From Leucoraja erinacea (lineage: Eukaryota): 57,745 nucleotides of DNA. Under the pieces are notes generated by a model, which was given only the letters and a program-made list of their open reading frames with translations, was not told the origin of the DNA and did no database searches. This document shows, piece by piece, positions 10,633 to 23,322 of this stretch (position 1 is its first letter; the number at the start of each line of letters is the position of its first letter). The position numbers and the translations under genes are program-made. The stretch is taken from contig NW_026575268.1 of assembly GCF_028641065.1 (NCBI RefSeq), forward strand, positions 1 to 57,745, written 5' to 3'.

Positions 10633-11768
10633 CCAACTGGGGGTGAGTGTGAGGGGTTGGTGATCGGCAGGCAGCACAGCCTTGATGGCTGTCTCTAGAT
10701 TGTCCCTGTCGAAGCGGCCATAGAAGTGATTAAGCTCCTCAAGGAAGGAGGCGTCGCTGGATGTGGGGGTGGTGTTGGAGGGTCTGTAGTCCGTGATGGC
10801 CTGGATGCCTTGCCACATGCGTCGGGGGTCGGAGTTGTTGTTGAAGTGCTCCTCAATCCTGAGCTTATGGCAGTGCTTGGCCTTCCTGATGCCCCTCTTC
10901 AGGTTAGCCCTGGGTGAACTGTAGGCTCGAGCATCGCCTGTCCTGAAAGCGGTGTCCCGTGCTTTCAGCAGTAGCCTGACCTCGCTGTTCATCCATGGCT
11001 TCTGATTCGGGTATATGGTCACCTGTTTGAGGGAGGTGACACTATTGATGGTGGAGTTTATAAAGTCCAGAACAGAGGATGTGTAGGAATCAATGTCCGT
11101 GTGGGAGTCAAGGGTGGCCTCGGCTGCAAACGCCTTCTAGTCAGTGTTTCCAAAACACTGCTGAAGTGTGAAGTCCGCTTCCTCTGACCAGACTTTAACT
11201 GTCCTCACAGTTGGTTTAACCCGTCTGATGAGTGGGGAGTACTTAGGGAGCAGGAACTATGAGACGTGATCAGACTGACCAAGGTGGGGGAGGGGGATGG
11301 CTTTGTAAGCTTCAGCCATGTTGGTGTAGACTTTGTCCAGTGTCTTGTCTACTCTAGTGGGGAAGGATACATGTTGGTGGAATTTGGGGAGTACAGTTTT
11401 CAGGTTGGAGTGATTGAAGTCACCCGCAACAATGAAGGCTGCCTCAGGGTTGTGAGTCTGTTGTTTGCTAATGGCAGTATGCAGCTCTTTCATTGCAAGT
11501 TTGGCATTAGCATCAGGAGGGATATAGGCTGCAGTCACAACAGTGGAGGTGAACTCTCTGGGCAGATAGAACGGTCTGCATCTAACCAGGAGGAACTCAA
11601 GGTTAGCTGAGCAGTGACTCTCGATGATGGTGGAGTCCGTGCACCATGCTTTATTTACATAAATGCACAGGCCCCCACCTCTGGTCTTACCGGAGTCTGA
11701 TGTCCTGTCCGCTCAGAGTAAATGACGCCCCGATAGCTAGATGGCGCTGTCAGGAACGTCAGTGTTGA
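10633..11768 (-). mobile_element. Rex1/Babar LINE internal fragment (EN and linker)
   Basis: YIPPDANAKLA, FIVAGDFNH, LGQSDH, YPNQKPWMN; near-identical to 46304-47150 over the shared part. Confidence 0.9.
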
Positions 11769-12279
11769 GCCAATACACCCCTATAAGTATTGCTACACCT
11801 TTCCCACTTCTCAGTTCGACCCAAATAGCCTCCCTAGACGAGCCCTCTAATCTATCCTGCCAAAGCACTGCTGTAATATCTTCCCTGACAAGCAATGCAA
11901 CACCTCCACCTCTTCTTCCAATCCTATCACACCTGAAGCAACAAAATCCTGGAATATTTAGTTTCCAATCACAGCCCTCCTGCAACCATGTTTCACTGAT
12001 CGCCACAACATCATACTTCCAGGTGTCAATCCAGGCTCTAAGCTCATCCACCTTTCTTACAATGCTCCTAGCATTAAAATATACACATTTAAGAAACCCA
12101 CTGCCTCTTATTCTCTGTTCATTATCTTTTTCTTCATTCTCCCCTACATTTTGGGTCCGAGTGCTTCCCTTCTCTGCCTCCTGCCTCACACTCTGTCTAC
12201 TAGCTTTCCCTATTTGAGTCCCTCCCCCCAACCGTTTAAAGTCTCCCCAGTGGCCTTTGCAAATCTCCCCACCAGGATC
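11769..12279 (-). mobile_element. CR1 LINE fragment (ORF1 end to EN start)
   Basis: FLKCVYFNARSI...YDVVAISETWL. Confidence 0.9.
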
Positions 12280-12409
12280 TCTTTCATTAATTTTTCGCTG
12301 ATCTTTTTCATTGCTACTGCCTTGGAAACAAGATTTTATGTTGTTCAAGTATCCGTCTTGAGAAAACAGTTTCTATTTTGCTTCCCCAGTTGCAGATTTT
12401 ACACCAAAA

Positions 12410-12957
12410 TGTCTCCATGAAGCCAGGAAACAATATGAGAGTCATGTTTTTTAACTTCTCCAGTGACTTTACCACCATCCGGCCTGCACTGCTAGGCAGC
12501 AAACTGACGATGATATGGGTGGATGCTCCATTAGTGTCCTGGCTCACCAACTACCTGACTGGATGACCACAATGTCAGGCTACAGAATTGTGTCTCGGAC
12601 ATGATAGTGAGCAACACGAGGGGCTCACATGGGACAGTCCTCTCTCCCTTCCTGTTCAACATCTACACCACGGACTTCAGATATAACTCGGACTCTACAA
12701 TTGTGGGCAGCATTAGTGAGGAGAGGGAAGCTGAATACAGAGGTGTTTTCAACAACTTTGTTGGGTGGTGTGGATTAACTCACCCAATTTTCTAGCAAAC
12801 GGTGGTAGCCAGTGACAACTTCTTCGCTGTTGTGTGTTGGGGCAGCAGGGCGAAGGCCGCAGACGCCAACAGGATTAACAAACTCATCAGGAAGGCTAGC
12901 TCCGACCTGGGGGCAGAGTTGGATTCATAAGAGGTCGTCTTGGAGGGGAGGATGCTG
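12410..12957 (+). mobile_element. Old Rex1-type LINE RT and 3' fragments
   Basis: RVMFFNFSSDFTTI, TVLSPFLFNIYT, RINKLIRKA; degenerate. Confidence 0.7.
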
Positions 12958-14372
12958 CAAACAAATGTAGGTCCCTTGCAGTCAGAAACAGGTGAATTGA
13001 TCATGAGGAACAAGGACATGGCAGACCAATTGAATAATTACTTTGGTTCTATCGTCACTAAGGAAGACATAAATAATCTGCCGGAAATAGCAGGGGACCA
13101 CGGGTCAAATGAGATGGAGGAACTGAGTGAAATCCAGGTTAGCCGGGAAGTGGTGTTAGGTAAATTGAATGGATTAAAGGCTGATAAATCCCCAGGGCCA
13201 GATAGGCCGCATCCCAGAGTACTTAAAGAAGTAGCCCCAGAAATAGTGGATGCATTAGTGATAATTTTGCAAAACTCTTTAGATTCTGGAATAGTTCCTG
13301 AGGATTGGAGGTTAGCTAACGTAACCCCACTTTTAAAAAAGGGAAGGAGCAAATGGAAAACGGGGAATTACCAGTTAGTCTAACATCGGTAGTGGGGAAA
13401 CTGCTAGCGTCAGTTATTAAAGATGGGAGAGCAGCACATTTGGAAAGTGGTGAAATCAATGGACAAAGTCAGCATGGATTTACGAAAGGTAAATCATGTC
13501 TGACGAATCTTTCGAGGATGTAACTAGTAGAGTGGATAAGGGAGAACCAGTGGATGTGTTATATCTGGACTTTCAAAAGGCTTTCGACAAGGTCCCACAT
13601 AAGAGATTAGTATACAAACTTAAAGCACACGGTATTTCGAGTTCTGTTTTGATGTGGATAGAGAACTGGCTGGCAGACAGGAAGCAAAGAGTAGGAGTAA
13701 ACGGGTCCTTTTCAGAATGGCAGGCAGTGACTTGTGAGGTACCGCAAGGCTCAGTGCTGGGAACCCAGCTATTTACAATATATATTAATGATTTGGACGA
13801 GGGAATTGAATGCAACATCACCAAGTTTGCGGATGACCCGAAGCTGGGGGGCAGTGTTAGCTGTGCGGAGGATGCTAGGAGGCTGCAAGGTGACTTGGAT
13901 AGGCTGGGTGAGTGGGCAAATGCATGGCAGATGCAGTATGATGTGGATAAATGTGAGGTTATCCACGTTGGTGGCAAAACAGGAAAGTAAACATTATCTG
14001 AATGGTGGCCGATTAGGATAAGGGGAGATGCAACGAGACCTGGGTGTCATGGTACACCAGTCATTGAAAGTAGGCATGCAGGTGCAGCAGGCAGTGAAGA
14101 AAGTGAATGGTATGGTAGCATTCATAGCAAAACGCTTTGAGTATAGGAGTAGGGAGGTTCAACTGCAGTTGTACAGGGTCTTGGTGAGACCACACCTGGA
14201 GTATTGCATACAGTTTTGGTCTCCTAATTTGAGGAAAGACATTCTTGCCATAGAGGGAGTGCAGAGAAGGTTTGCCAGACTGATTCCTGGGCTGCCAGGA
14301 ATTTTATATGAAGAAAGACTGGATAGACTCGGCATGTACTCGCTAGAATTTAGAAGATTGAGGGGGGATCTT
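12958..14372 (+). mobile_element. CR1 LINE ORF2 fragment, frameshifted
   Basis: KSPGPD, LDFQKAFDKVPH, KFADDPKLGG. Confidence 0.92.
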
Positions 14373-14755
14373 CTAGTTCAAGTTCAAGTGAGTTTTTATG
14401 TCATGTGTCCCTGATAGGACAATGAAATTCTTGCTTTGCTTCAGCACAAGAGAACATAGTAGGCATTGATTACAAAACACATGATTAAATATACTGATGA
14501 ACTGCAAATAACAGATAATGGGTTATTAATGTTGAGTTTTGTCTGAGCCAGGTTTAATAGCCTGATGGCTGTGGGGAAGTAGCTATTCCTGAACCTGATC
14601 GTTGCAGTCTTCAATCTCCTGTACCTTCTACCTGAAGGTAGCAGGGAGATGAGTGTGTGGCCAGGATGATGTCGGTCTTTGATGATACTTCCAGCCTTTT
14701 TCAGGCAGCGACTTCGATAAATCCCCTCAATGGAAGGAAGGTCAGAGCCGATGCA
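14373..14755 (-). mobile_element. Rex1/Babar LINE 3' end
   Basis: HPGHTLISLLPSGRRYR...FPTAIRLLN; stem-loop 3' end and (CTTGAA)n tail. Confidence 0.85.
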
Positions 14756-15404
14756 GATTCTATGGAGCGAATACAACTATTGACGAGATCCGCTTGACCC
14801 CACCACGCCGAGCACCCTCTTAATTAACCCCTTTGTCCTCCTCCATTGAGTTCTAAATTTTACGGTTCTTCTCACAGTCCTGGTGTCGCTGTTACGTTCC
14901 CGTCCTCTGCACTGACACGGAAACTTTATCTTCTTATTCCCTCTCAGCTTGTCTCTGTCTCCAAATATTTCACCCACAACGTTACATATAGAGCAGACTA
15001 ATATGAACAAGGTACTGCTGTTGATGTGGTTTAATTGCTGTGGTGAACATGATGTATTAACTGTAACCTCCTGTGTTGTAAGTCCCCTGAAATCTCTTCT
15101 TATCAAGATCACTACAAGTTCTCGGTCCTTTCACTGAACCAACTTTTACACCTAAGTGAGGATTTGACCCCGGTTTATGAATAATAACCTGTCCATAACC
15201 TAATCCCCTTTGCATAAAAATCCAACCGCTGTTATGTTCCATGAATCGTATTTGTTTCGAATGGTTACCAGGTGAAATTAATGGGAGGTTACATTCCCAG
15301 AAACTCCTATCAGATAATTAATTCACTCGCAGTCTGTATTGTAAATGGATCGGGAGCAAGTGAAGGGTGCAGTGGCTAAACCACATTCACATATTTATAA
15401 TGTA

Positions 15405-16200
15405 CTAGACTAAGTGGGACCAGTTGGGCTGGTCACCCAAAGCAATATTCCAGCTCACCACCAATTCCAATATTGCTCGCCAGTGGGGGGGGGGGATTTC
15501 TGTTGCACTAGTATGGGTGTTGTGGGCTGAAGTATGTTGTTTCCAGAGGGCTAGTATTGACATTGTGGGCCGAATGGATTCTTGGGCTGGCAGCTCAGTC
15601 ACTGAGGCCTGGCAGTACAGTCACTCGGACCTGCCAGGCTGGCAGCTGAGAAACTGCCAGAAATTCTGCCCAAAACAGGTGAGACTGTGAGACAGAAGGG
15701 GGAGAGGGTGGACTGAATAGATTATTGGGCTGGCAGTTCAGTCACTTATGGCTGGTGGGCTGGCATTTCACATACTCACGACTCGTGGGCTGGCAGTTCA
15801 CTTACTCATGGCTTGTGGGCTTGCAGTGCAGTCACTAACGACTGGTACGCTGGCAGTTCATTCAGTCACCCCTCTTCCCTTCATCCACCCGCTCTGCTCC
15901 TTGCCATTCCCCTTCCCCCCACACATTCAGTCCATCTCCCTACAACCTCCCCCCATGCACTCTTAGTGGATCTCCCACAGAGCAGCCATTCCTGCCTATT
16001 AGGTTCCCATTGTGATGAAGAACACGCAGGCATGAAAAGTTGAAATTGTTTATTAAAGTTTAAATTGTGAATTACTCTTAAAATATAAGAACAATTAAAG
16101 ATGAGAATGATTGTTATTTCTTGTTGTGTTCTGCTGCCCACTGCCCACTGATGGCTATTTGCTGTTGATTAAAACAAGGGACAATTTTAATATAGAGAGA
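15405..16200 (-). mobile_element. Non-autonomous Helitron (copy 1)
   Basis: A|TCTCTCTATATTAAAA 5' end at 16200; GTCCCACTTAGTCTAG|T 3' end; body shared with copies at 19978 and 22186. Confidence 0.6.
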
Positions 16201-17099
16201 TTGAGCGGTTGTAATTTGTTGTAATTCTCAATCCTCTGGACTCACTGAAGATTTTGCCCAAAACATATTTTTGAGGCGAGGCTGTCGGGGTGGGGTGGGG
16301 GGTGGCTTCTTCTTTCCTGTTGTGTGCACAGCCTAAAGTTGTAGGACAACTTGTCCTATTTGATCTTCTGTTTGTGCATGTCGAGTTGATTGCATTATCG
16401 AAACAGGGCGGACCAGGTGAAGGTTGCAATCTTCCACCCCGGGGGTGGCAAACGTCCTGCAGCCGAGGAGAGGGGAACGGCTTCAGGCGGGGGCTCTCGT
16501 GGGCTGATGAGGGAGGAGGTGTCCTGCAGCAAGGGATGAGGGCGGCTTCAGGAGGGGGAGCATCCTATAGCCAGGTGGAGAGCAACGTCTTGAGATGGGG
16601 ATGCTAGTGGGGTGGGGGGCAGTGAGTGACCCACTCATGGCCTCTGGACTCACTGCCTTGGGACTAACTCATGGTCTCTGGACTGACTGACCAACTCATG
16701 GCCTCTGGACTTTCAGACTGAACCACAGCTTGTGGGCTGACTTATGCCCGACCTCTGGAGTCCGACTTTTGTAAACTGAAAACTGTAACATCCACATTGA
16801 AGAACAGCTTCTTCCTGACAGCCATCAGGCTAATAGATAACGAAATACTATATTATTTGTACTATATGTTATGTGTCGATTACACACACAATCTCCACTT
16901 CACACACACACACTTGTTCACACAAACACGCTGTTTTCGGAGAGAAACTTTGAGTCGATGTTAGTGTTGCTGCATTAATTGTTCTGTAGGTGAGAGGGAA
17001 ACGGAGTTGGTTTCGAGGATCTCTTACTGTAGGTCGCTGCCAATGTTCTGAGGAATATCTGCGTAAATGTATCTTCCCGCATCAGCCAACCGCTGTTTC

Positions 17100-17368
17100 T
17101 CCCAATTCTCCCAATTTTGTTAGTTCTTGCTGTCTCCTCCCCTTCCTCAGCCCCCCTGCTGTCTCCTCCCATCCCCCAGCCTTCGGGCTCCTCCTCCTTT
17201 TCCCTTTCTTGTCCCCGCCCACCCCCGCCCCCGTCAAGTCTGAAGAAGGGTTTCGGCCCGAAACGTTGCCTATTTCCTTCGCTCCATAGATACTGCTGCA
17301 CCCGCTGAGTTTCTCCAGCTTTTTTGTGTAACCTGCGATTCTCCAGCATCTGCAGTTCCCTCTTAAAC
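17100..17368 (+). mobile_element. Penelope pLTR fragment with hammerhead motif
   Basis: Matches 10414-10630 and, in reverse, 9352-9620; CTGAAGA...GAAACGTT at about 17240-17267. Confidence 0.88.
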
Positions 17369-17377
17369 GCTGTTTCA

Positions 17378-17662
17378 TGTTTAGTTTTGAGGTACAACGC
17401 GGAAACTGACCCTTCGGACCAGCGAGTCCGCATCGACTAGCGATCCTCACACAAGAATATTATCCTACAAATGATAAGTGTTTGAAAAACATATATTTTT
17501 AAACATTTATATCAAACCATTAACCTACAACCCTGGACGTTTTTTGAGTGTGGGAGGAAACGGGGAGAACGTACAAATTGTGTACAGGGAAGCGCCCGTA
17601 GTCGGGATCGAACCAGGGTCTCTGGCGCTGTAAGGCAGTTGGTCTACCGCTCCGCCACCGTG
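17378..17662 (-). mobile_element. tRNA-derived V-SINE (HE1-like)
   Basis: A box TGGCGGAGCGG, B box GGTTCGATCCC, V-domain TTTGTACGTTCTCCCCG, CR1-like tail. Confidence 0.8.
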
Positions 17663-17761
17663 TAGACAACTCAATGTGCAGTCGGTTTTCGACAACGACA
17701 AGGAACACTTGTCCCGCACTAAACATAATCGATGATCAGCCCTTCCACAGACATGGTGAGT

Positions 17762-17777
17762 GGCTCTGAAAAGAGCC
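17762..17777 (-). promoter_or_regulatory. Histone 3' stem-loop of H2A
   Basis: GGCTCTTTTCAGAGCC then ACTCA; weak HDE GGAAGGGCTGA. Confidence 0.95.
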
Positions 17778-17806
17778 TTTGGGTCACTATGTTGAGTTTC
17801 TCTCGC

Positions 17807-18220
<414 letters not shown>

Positions 18221-18239
18221 TTATCACAGACTCGCCTTT

Positions 18240-18348
18240 CTTATACCGGTTTGAGGAATCCAGAGAACCGCTGGTGATTGGTGAAAAAGGACATGATCTC
18301 ATTGGTGTGAAGAATGACCCAATCACAGAACTGTTTTATCTACCAATC
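18240..18348 (-). promoter_or_regulatory. H2A promoter (TATA and four CCAAT boxes)
   Basis: TATAAG at 18240-18245; ATTGG/CCAAT at about 18277, 18301, 18319, 18343. Confidence 0.8.
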
Positions 18349-18899
18349 AAAACCCACAACAGAAAAGCGCTGAAAATAACTGCCAGTCCCTCCAAAACTC
18401 GAACTTTGAAATAGCCGCCAAACTATAAATCTGTATGTCAATACAATTTGCTACATCACATAATCATTGCTTTTTTGATTATCATTTTTAATGTAAGTGC
18501 ATTGCGTTAAGATGTTAATTATACTGCTGCGAGTAAGAATTTCATTGTTCCGTTCACGGTACATATGACAATTAAATACTCTTGATTGTTGCCCACCTTG
18601 AACCCCGGGCAATACAGCACAACACATTTAATTTACGATTTATTCGGGCCGGTAACCGATTACAAAAAATGATCCTCGGCATCAATTAGCGATCGGTCAC
18701 TATGTAAACGGTCTCGGATTATCGACTGGTTCATTTTCACAAAAATCGGAATATGGGCGACTGTGAAATGTTCCTCTTTGAAAGACTGGACGAATTGCCG
18801 AGTAGAAATGCAATTCAGTACACTTACAGAGATGAAGACAATAAAACAGCAACTACAGCACTAATCGGCTGGCCGTGGGCACAACATATGATGACTGGG

Positions 18900-18997
18900 T
18901 AGACAAAAATGCTGGAGAAATTCAGCGGGTGAAGCAGCATCTGTGGAGCGAAGGAAATAGGCAACGTTTCGGGTCGAAACCTCTCTTCTGACTGACT
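18900..18997 (-). mobile_element. Short Penelope-derived insertion with 13-bp TSD
   Basis: Flanked by TATGATGACTGGG at 18887-18899 and 18998-19010; degenerate hammerhead-like core. Confidence 0.8.
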
Positions 18998-19203
18998 TAT
19001 GATGACTGGGACAAGCTGACGCGAGTTTTACTTGTTTGATGGACAGGAACGCAACATGGATACCGGGAATATCCCGCGTATACGGAACATTTAATCACTA
19101 AACAGAATGTGAAATAATTCGCCAAACAAAAAATATCCTGAAACAATTCTGCTGCGATTCAATGTCGAAACATCAGTACAACTCTTTTTACGAAAATGTG
19201 GGT

Positions 19204-19219
19204 GGCTCTTAAAAGAGCC
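19204..19219 (-). promoter_or_regulatory. Histone 3' stem-loop of H2B
   Basis: GGCTCTTTTAAGAGCC then ACCCA; HDE AAAAGAGTTG at 19179-19188. Confidence 0.95.
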
Positions 19220-19257
19220 GTTGGGTTTTGGGTTTTTTTTTCAACATGTGTGGATCT

Positions 19258-19680
19258 TTATTTGGAACTGGTGTACTTGGTCACCGCCTTTGTCCCTTCC
19301 GACACGGCGTGCTTGGCCAGCTCCCCGGGAAGAAGCAGGCGCACGGCGGTCTGAATCTCTCGGGAGCTGATGGTCGCCCGCTTGTTATAATGCGCCAGGC
19401 GGGAAGCCTCGCCCGCGATACGCTCGAAAATATCGTTGACGAACGAGTTCATGATGCCCATGGCCTTGGAGGAGATGCCGGTATCCGGGTGAACCTGCTT
19501 CATCACTTTGTAGATGTAGATGGAGTAACTCTCCTTCCTCGACCTCCTGCGCTTCTTGCCCCCTTTGCCTGCGGATTTAGGCAAAGCTTTCTTTGCGCCC
19601 TTCTTGGCGGCTGTTTCCTTCTTGGCCGATGTTTTCGGCAAAGATCCTACAGCATCTTTGGTTTTCGGCGGATCAGGCAT
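19258..19680 (-). CDS. H2B: Histone H2B with extended N-terminal tail (140 aa)
   Basis: ATG at 19680: [31 protein letters not shown]...[12 protein letters not shown]...KYTSSK; intact histone fold. Confidence 0.97.
   Translation of the reverse strand: MPDPPKTKDAVGSLPKTSAKKETAAKKGAKKALPKSAGKGGKKRRRSRKESYSIYIYKVMKQVHPDTGISSKAMGIMNSFVNDIFERIAGEASRLAHYNKRATISSREIQTAVRLLLPGELAKHAVSEGTKAVTKYTSSK
19631..19668. mobile_element. In-frame excision footprint of P-like DNA transposon inside the H2B CDS
   Basis: GTTTTCGG-CAAAGATCCTACAGC-ATCTTTG-GTTTTCGG: perfect 8-bp TSD, 15-nt left TIR remnant (13/15), 7-nt right remnant; net +30 bp. Confidence 0.9.
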
Positions 19681-19732
19681 TTCCTCGGTGGATTTCAAAC
19701 ACGGAAGTGACCAGCTCGGAGTCGGAGCGCGG

Positions 19733-19884
19733 ATTATATAGGCAGCGACGTCACCCTATGCTAATGAGGGATGGAGCAGGAGCGGATCGTCATTGGGTGG
19801 TCGGAGACATGAATCACACTTCGCTATAAACCTTCTGATTGGATATCTGCGGTGAAACATTGCAATCCCTCGCTCCCCCAATCA
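19733..19884 (-). promoter_or_regulatory. H2B promoter (TATA, CRE-like site, octamer variant, CCAAT boxes)
   Basis: TATATAAT 19733-19740; TGACGTC 19747-19753; ATTAGCAT in CTCATTAGCATAG 19758-19765; CCAAT at about 19792, 19838, 19879. Confidence 0.8.
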
Positions 19885-19977
19885 GAAGCCGCTTCCACTG
19901 CCCCGTTCGCGTCACACCAAGCTCCAGTATCTTTGGCGTGACACTACATTTACATGGATAGGAAAGGTTATAGGGAT

Positions 19978-20330
19978 ACTGGACGAAGTGGGACCCGTTG
20001 GGTCCCATGTTCACACGGGAGGGCTGGTCCCCAAACGCAATATTCCACCTCTCCACCAATTCCAATATTGGTGGCCAGTGGCGAGGGGGCTTTCTGGAAC
20101 GCTAGTATGGGTGTTTTGGTCCGAAAGGACTGGTTACCAGAGGGCTAGTATGGACATTGTGGGCCGAATGTGTTCTTGGGCCAGCAGCTCAGTCACTCAG
20201 GCCTGGTGGGCTTGCAACTCAGGCCTGGTGGGCTGGCAGCTCAGTCACTCAGGTCTGGTAGACTGACAGCTCAGTCACTCAGGCCTGGTGGGAAACTGCC
20301 AGAAATTCTGCCAAAAACAGGTGAGAGACT
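19978..20330 (-). mobile_element. Helitron 3' fragment (copy 2)
   Basis: GGGACCC-GTT-GGGTCCC hairpin near the end; 30-bp GGGCTGGCAGCTCAGTCACTCAGGCCTGGT repeats. Confidence 0.6.
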
Positions 20331-20399
20331 CTGAGCAGGGGCATTCTTTTCCGTTGCTGGTTGCTCAAGTTGCCAAACCAGGCAACATGCTCTCTACTG

Positions 20400-20725
20400 T
20401 ACACCTTTAGAAGTTTGAGAGAGTCCTCTGTCACATACCGACTCTCCGTAATATTCTCAGGAAGTAGAGGCGCTGATGTGCTTTCTTTATTATTTCATCA
20501 GTGTGCTGGGACCAGGAAAGATCTTCGGAAATATGCACGCCCACGAATTTGAAGTTCCTGACCCTTTTCACCGATATAAATGGGATTGTGAGTCCCTATC
20601 CTACCCCTCCCTAAGTCCACAATCAGTTTGAGGATCCAATTGTAGACGGATGCGCAGAGACCCAGATCTGAGAGCTTGGTAACCAGCCTGGAGGGGATGA
20701 TGGTATTAAATGCCAACTTTAGGCT
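20400..20725 (-). mobile_element. Degenerate Rex1-type LINE fragments
   Basis: AFNTIIPSRLVTKLSDLGL..NWIL; THNPIYI; HQRLYFLR. Confidence 0.7.
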
Positions 20726-20779
20726 GTGCACATCATATGCAGGAAGTTTGGTTTGGTGGGGAATGACAAATATAATTTA

Positions 20780-21530
20780 ACTCTGACAAATGTGAGGTGT
20801 TGCACACTGATATGCAAATCCAGGGTAGGACTTGCACAATAAATGGTGGAACCCTGGAGAATGTTGCAGAACAGAGATCTCGGATTACAGGTGCATGGTT
20901 TCTAGAACATCGTAAGATGGATGGTGTGGTGAAGGCTTTGTCATACTTGCCTTCAATGGGAAGGGTATTGAATACAAATATTTGGATATCATGATGCAGC
21001 TTTGTATTGGTGAGACTACACCTGGAATAGTGTATGTAGTTCTAGTTGCTCAGCTGTAGCAGAATGCCATTATGCTGGAAATGGTGCAGAAGAGGTTTAC
21101 CAAGATGTTTCGGGGACTTGTGTGTTTGAATTATAAGGAGAGGCTGGATAGGCAAGGATTGATTTGGGAGCATAGGAGGTCGAGGAGTGACCTAAATAAA
21201 GTGTGAAAAATCATGGATATTGAACATTCAGTTTATTTTCCCCAGGATAAAGGATTCTAAAACAAGAATCATTGGCCCAAGGTGAGAGAGAGAGAGATTT
21301 AAAAGGGACATCAGGGCAACATTTTAACTGAGAGTAGTTCATATCTGGAATGAGCTGCTGAGGAAACAGGTATAATTACAATGTTTAAAATATATTTTGA
21401 CCAATATTGGGATAGGAAGGGATTAGAAGCTGAGGGTCAAATGTGCGCAAGTGGAACTGACCCAGAATGCAGACATGATTGCCATGGCCAAGGCGGCCTG
21501 TTTCTGTGCTATAAAACTCTATGACTCATT
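20780..21530 (+). mobile_element. Old CR1 3' fragment
   Basis: Degenerate DKCEVLH, LVRLHLE and CR1-type 3' UTR. Confidence 0.7.
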
Positions 21531-21729
21531 AAATATAGAAATGTTCCACAGCTCAAAGGACAACAATTCATCTATCACCTGTGCACAACGCAGCATGTAG
21601 GTCTCTGTGCTGAATCCTCATGTTGATATCAGTCTGACCAAGTTTGCCTGCCATCTATCTTCCTTACTCTTTCAGTTGTATTGTCTGGCCCATTCAGAAT
21701 GTACCAGTCGACCAGACTACAGCAGATTA

Positions 21730-22010
21730 GGTGTGTTGGAAGGAACTGCAGATGCAGGTTTACATCAAAGATAGACACTAAATTTTGGAGCTACTAAGTA
21801 GGTCAGACAGCATGTCTGGAGAGAAAGGATGCGTGATGTTTCAGCTCATGACCCTTCTTCAGACTGAGTCAGGGGAAAGGGAGTCTGGAGATATCGTGGG
21901 GTAAAATTATAGTTCAAAGCAGACGATGATAAGGAAATGTAGAATGGTTCATTGTTAGCTAAGGTGACAAGGAATCATAAGGAAGGGGGAGGGATGGAGA
22001 GAGAGTTAGA
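21730..22010 (-). mobile_element. Degenerate Penelope-derived repeat
   Basis: GAAGGAACTGCAGATGC...GACCCTTCTTCAGACTG pLTR motifs. Confidence 0.65.
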
Positions 22011-22185
22011 ACTAAACCAAGGTAAGCACATTTGCTTATTTATCTCACGGGGACCTGCTGACTCCGACCTCGTACTCCCTCACTGTTTATGCTTCCCACA
22101 CACCAGATTGTTTCCCCCTCTAGCCGCTGCTCCCAATCCACTTTCACTGGTCATGTAGAAGAGTCAAGAGTGTTTTATTGTCATC

Positions 22186-23070
22186 CTAAGTGGGACCCGT
22201 TGGGTCCCATGTTCACATGGGAGGGCTGGTTCCCCAACGCAATATTCCACCTCTCCACCAATTCCAATATTGGTGGCCAGTGGGGAGGGGGCTTTCTGGA
22301 GCTCTAGTATGGGTGTTGTGGGCTGAAGGGACAGGTTTCCAGAAGGCTTGTATGGACATTGTGGGCCGAATGGATTCTTGGGCTGGCAGCTCAGTCACTC
22401 AGGCCTGGTGGGCTGGCAGCTCAGTTACTCAGGCCTGGTGGGCTGGCAGCTCATTCGCTCAGGTGTGTGCGTGTGCGTGTGCGTGTGTGTGTGTGTGTGC
22501 CATGGCTGGCAGTTCACTTCACTTACGGCTGGTGGGCTCACACACACACCCCAATCTCACACACGCCCTCCATCTCTCACACACACTCACACCCTCCATC
22601 ACTCACACACACACACACTCACACACAACATATATATGACAGTAAAACTCTCTTGAATCTACTCATGTGGTTGAGCGTGGCTTCCGGAATGACCGCAACC
22701 TCTCCACTGAGCAGGAAGTCTGGAGTGAGCGGGACTTCCGAAATGAGCGTGACCTTTGGAGCAAGCACAGTGCAGGCCAACAACTGAGTTGAAGCACGAT
22801 GCAGGCCAACAACTGAGTTCAAGCACAGAGCAGGCCAACAACTCATTTCATTTCCATTTCAAGCACAGTGCAAGGCCAACAACTCATTTCCTTTCCATTT
22901 TGAGCACAGTGCAAGGCCAACAACTCATTGCATTTCCATTTCGAGCACAGTGCAAGGCCAACAACTCATTTCATTTCCATTTCGAGCACAGCCAAACAAC
23001 CCATTTCATTTCCATTTCAAGTACAGTGCAGGCCAACAACTCATTTTGAGAATGTTAGTAATAGTATAGA
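22186..23070 (-). mobile_element. Non-autonomous Helitron (copy 3) with internal micro- and minisatellites
   Basis: 3' hairpin GGGACCC/GGGTCCC; A|TCTATACTATTACTAA 5' end at 23070; (GT)n and (CA)n tracts. Confidence 0.55.
22762..23046. repeat. ~41-bp minisatellite
   Basis: GCACAGTGCA(A)GGCCAACAACTCATTTCATTTCCATTTC repeated. Confidence 0.85.
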
Positions 23071-23322
23071 TGTCGCAGAAAGAACAATGAATTTCTTACT
23101 TGCTGCAGCACAACAGAATAACTATATAACTTTAGCTTGTGGAGCAGTTCTGTGTTTTTACATAACTGTATTAACACAAGTAGAACGAAAGTGCCTCCCC
23201 ACCTACATTTCAGACACTTGCCCTCTTTCACAAGAATAGTTTAAACTTTGCCCACCCCCTCTAAGCCTCATTCCTAGTCTATATCCAGAAACATAAAATC
23301 CACTTCACAGCCTTTGTTATTA

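Noticed and set aside
17590-17662. tRNA gene
   Set aside because: A and B boxes run into a V-SINE body; no full cloverleaf
19681-19698. MKSTEE extension of H2B in the ORF track
   Set aside because: TTG start within the 5' UTR; the ATG at 19680 is the conventional start
22762-23046. CRISPR-like repeat array
   Set aside because: Eukaryotic context; the inter-repeat segments are themselves repeated, so it is a minisatellite
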